DNA of 63,219 nucleotides, filler included, from Lenisia limosa (Eukaryota; Protista; Breviatea), in NCBI GenBank assembly GCA_001655205.1. It is 20 parts of 20 records of this genome, joined end to end, with 100 filler letters (N's around TTAATTAATTAA, not from the genome) between each part and the next. Parts side by side here need not be neighbours in the genome. Positions count along the whole stretch, not along the records: positions 61,826 to 63,219 come from LPNZ01001106.1; 19 more parts are not named here. The stretch is one strand, 5' to 3'. Position 1 is the stretch's first letter, and every line of letters starts with the position of its first letter. Shown in pieces: positions 61,726 through 63,219 of the stretch. The notes beneath the pieces were generated by a model. It made no database searches. It had not been told where the DNA came from and saw only the letters and a list, made by a program, of their open reading frames with translations. A program made the translations under genes and the position numbers.

Positions 61726-61907
61726 NNNNNNNNNNNNNNNNNNNNNNNNNNNNNNNNNNNNNNNNNNNNTTAATTAATTAANNNNNNNNNNNNNNNNNNN
61801 NNNNNNNNNNNNNNNNNNNNNNNNNCAATATTAACATTGTTTGGATGGATACAAACATATAGTATATGATATACTGTATCATATCATATCGATGTATCCC
61901 CACCCAC

Positions 61908-63219
61908 AGAATAAGTACCAAGGATGTCCCCAATATCCGTTACGACTGGGGGGTCACCGGTTCCGAGGAACTCAACTTCCAACTTTGCTACACCCGCACC
62001 TGGGAGATTATTGGGAAGTCTAATAGAGGAAAATATATCAATGGAAGTGACAAGGGTAAAATTTTCTTCTTCGCAACCGTATAGCTATACTACATATATT
62101 GAGAGATGAGACAGTATTCCACAATTTTCCCCTCTACCAGGCCTTCACTTCAGTTCGAAAAAAGACTGAATTTCTCGATAAACCCCGAAAACTATCGATT
62201 TCGGACGAAGTGAACCCTAACCATCACGTATCACATAATACTAAATGATAATCTAATTGACCCACATACACTGATAATAATATAATTAGCACCCCCCCCC
62301 CCCAAACCAATAGTAATATGAGTCGAAGTAGTTTCTGAAAGCCCATCATCGCTGTTAGCCGAGAATTGAAGCAAATAGGCACCTAAAATGTGACAACGTC
62401 TTCGTTTCACTATTAAATAATGGATAAATTGCACTAAATCCTCGAAAAATATCGATATTTCACCGGTCTTTTTGATTGAAGTGACTCCGTAAGAATGGCT
62501 GGGCTTATCTACGGTTTAAAAAAAACAGTAAAATTTCGATTTTCGAGGATTAAGAGAGAAATTCCGTCCTTTTTCGAATGACGCCCTACAAAGACGCCAA
62601 AGGAGGAAACAGAGCACTTAAAATACTCAATTCAGAGTGTTAACAAGTAACCCAGACAATTTGAAACACAACAACTATCTTTAGTGTGGATATATCAAAA
62701 TTCTCTGATTCAGCAAATAAAAATTTAATAACAAAAGATGTATCGAGCCATGCTCACCTGGGGGTGCAGTGTCGGCAATCAAAGAAGAAAACTCCGCAAT
62801 CTAAAAAATAAGAAAAATTGATATCTACACCCCTGCATGAGATATAGCCCCCCCCCCCTCTATTTTTCAACATGATGTTTTTATAAACACATTTATTGCA
62901 ATTTCAAAAGAGATTTTACCAACCCATATATGATACCATATGATATATAATCATATATGAATATGAATATATCTATATCTACCCTATCCTCCCATCCCCA
63001 TAGAGATTTTGCCTAACCAGGGCTTCACTTCGGTTCGAAAAAAGACTAAATTTTTTCGATAAATCCTCGAAAACTATCGATATTTTATCGGTCTTTTTCG
63101 AACTGAAGTGAAGCTCTAAATAGAGATTTTGCCTACCCCATAGATATCGGTGGTGCTGAAGTTGCCAGTCATTTGGGGGAGACAGGAGTCCCGGTAGTTT
63201 ATCGCCTCAAGATGGGGAG
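61908..63219 (-). CDS. Hypothetical beta-rich (possibly extracellular) protein (partial, 4 exons)
   Basis: ...MTGNFSTTDIY|IAEFSSLIADTAPP|GAYLLQFSANSDDGLSETTSTHITI|GAGVAKLEVEFLGTGDPPVVTDIGDILGTYS with GT-AG boundaries. Confidence 0.55.
63018..63118. mobile_element. MITE family A copy
   Basis: CAGGGCTTCACTTCGGTTCGAAAAAAGAC ... GTCTTTTTCGAACTGAAGTGAAGCTCTA. Confidence 0.88.

Larger units (their letters stand above)
2710..61825. other. 19 artificial 100-bp scaffold-joining spacers N44-TTAATTAATTAA-N44
   Basis: Identical structure starting at 2710, 6529, 10810, 15422, 17457, 20518, 22063, 26929, 28595, 29826, 31752, 38193, 44123, 46103, 49438, 52190, 54421, 56690 and 61726. TTAATTAATTAA places stops in all six frames. 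Confidence 0.97.

Noticed and set aside
2754-61781. Recurrent TTAATTAATTAA palindrome as a biological motif
   Set aside because: It is always centred in exactly 44+44 Ns, so it is an assembly linker. ORFs ending in LIN or N at these sites are artefacts.
1-63219. Non-standard genetic code or non-canonical splice sites
   Set aside because: The conserved host domains reconstructed (DCN1, TTC1, myotubularin, TMEM94, FYVE) read through with the standard code and GT-AG introns.

Overview
Eukaryotic draft-assembly DNA from an intron-rich protist; I cannot assign the lineage. It is not one locus. Nineteen artificial 100-bp spacers (N44-TTAATTAATTAA-N44) join 20 short scaffolds, so synteny across spacers means nothing and most X-containing ORFs in the track are artefacts. 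By splicing GT-AG exons by eye I recognise partial genes for DCN1-like, TTC1, an ERCC6/CSB C-terminus, a FYVE domain, an active-site-intact myotubularin, a TMEM94/ERMA-like protein and an ankyrin protein. There are also two LRR proteins and several large surface proteins (FN3-like; REJ/PKD-like with a TM helix). The introns are full of small mobile elements: a ~100-bp hAT-like MITE family, a ~70-bp CAGTG-ended pogo/Tc1-like MITE family, and a ~140-bp TIR-less element. The most striking observation is that the ~140-bp element nearly always ends at the C-run of a 3' splice site in sense orientation, so it may be a portable splice-acceptor module or a retroposon targeted to G/C runs. The window also holds a spliced but decayed pogo/Fot1-like DDE transposase and a foreign-looking AT-rich intronless scaffold, possibly Polinton- or virus-like. 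No rRNA, tRNA or CRISPR array is supported. All family assignments come from remembered motifs, not database searches.
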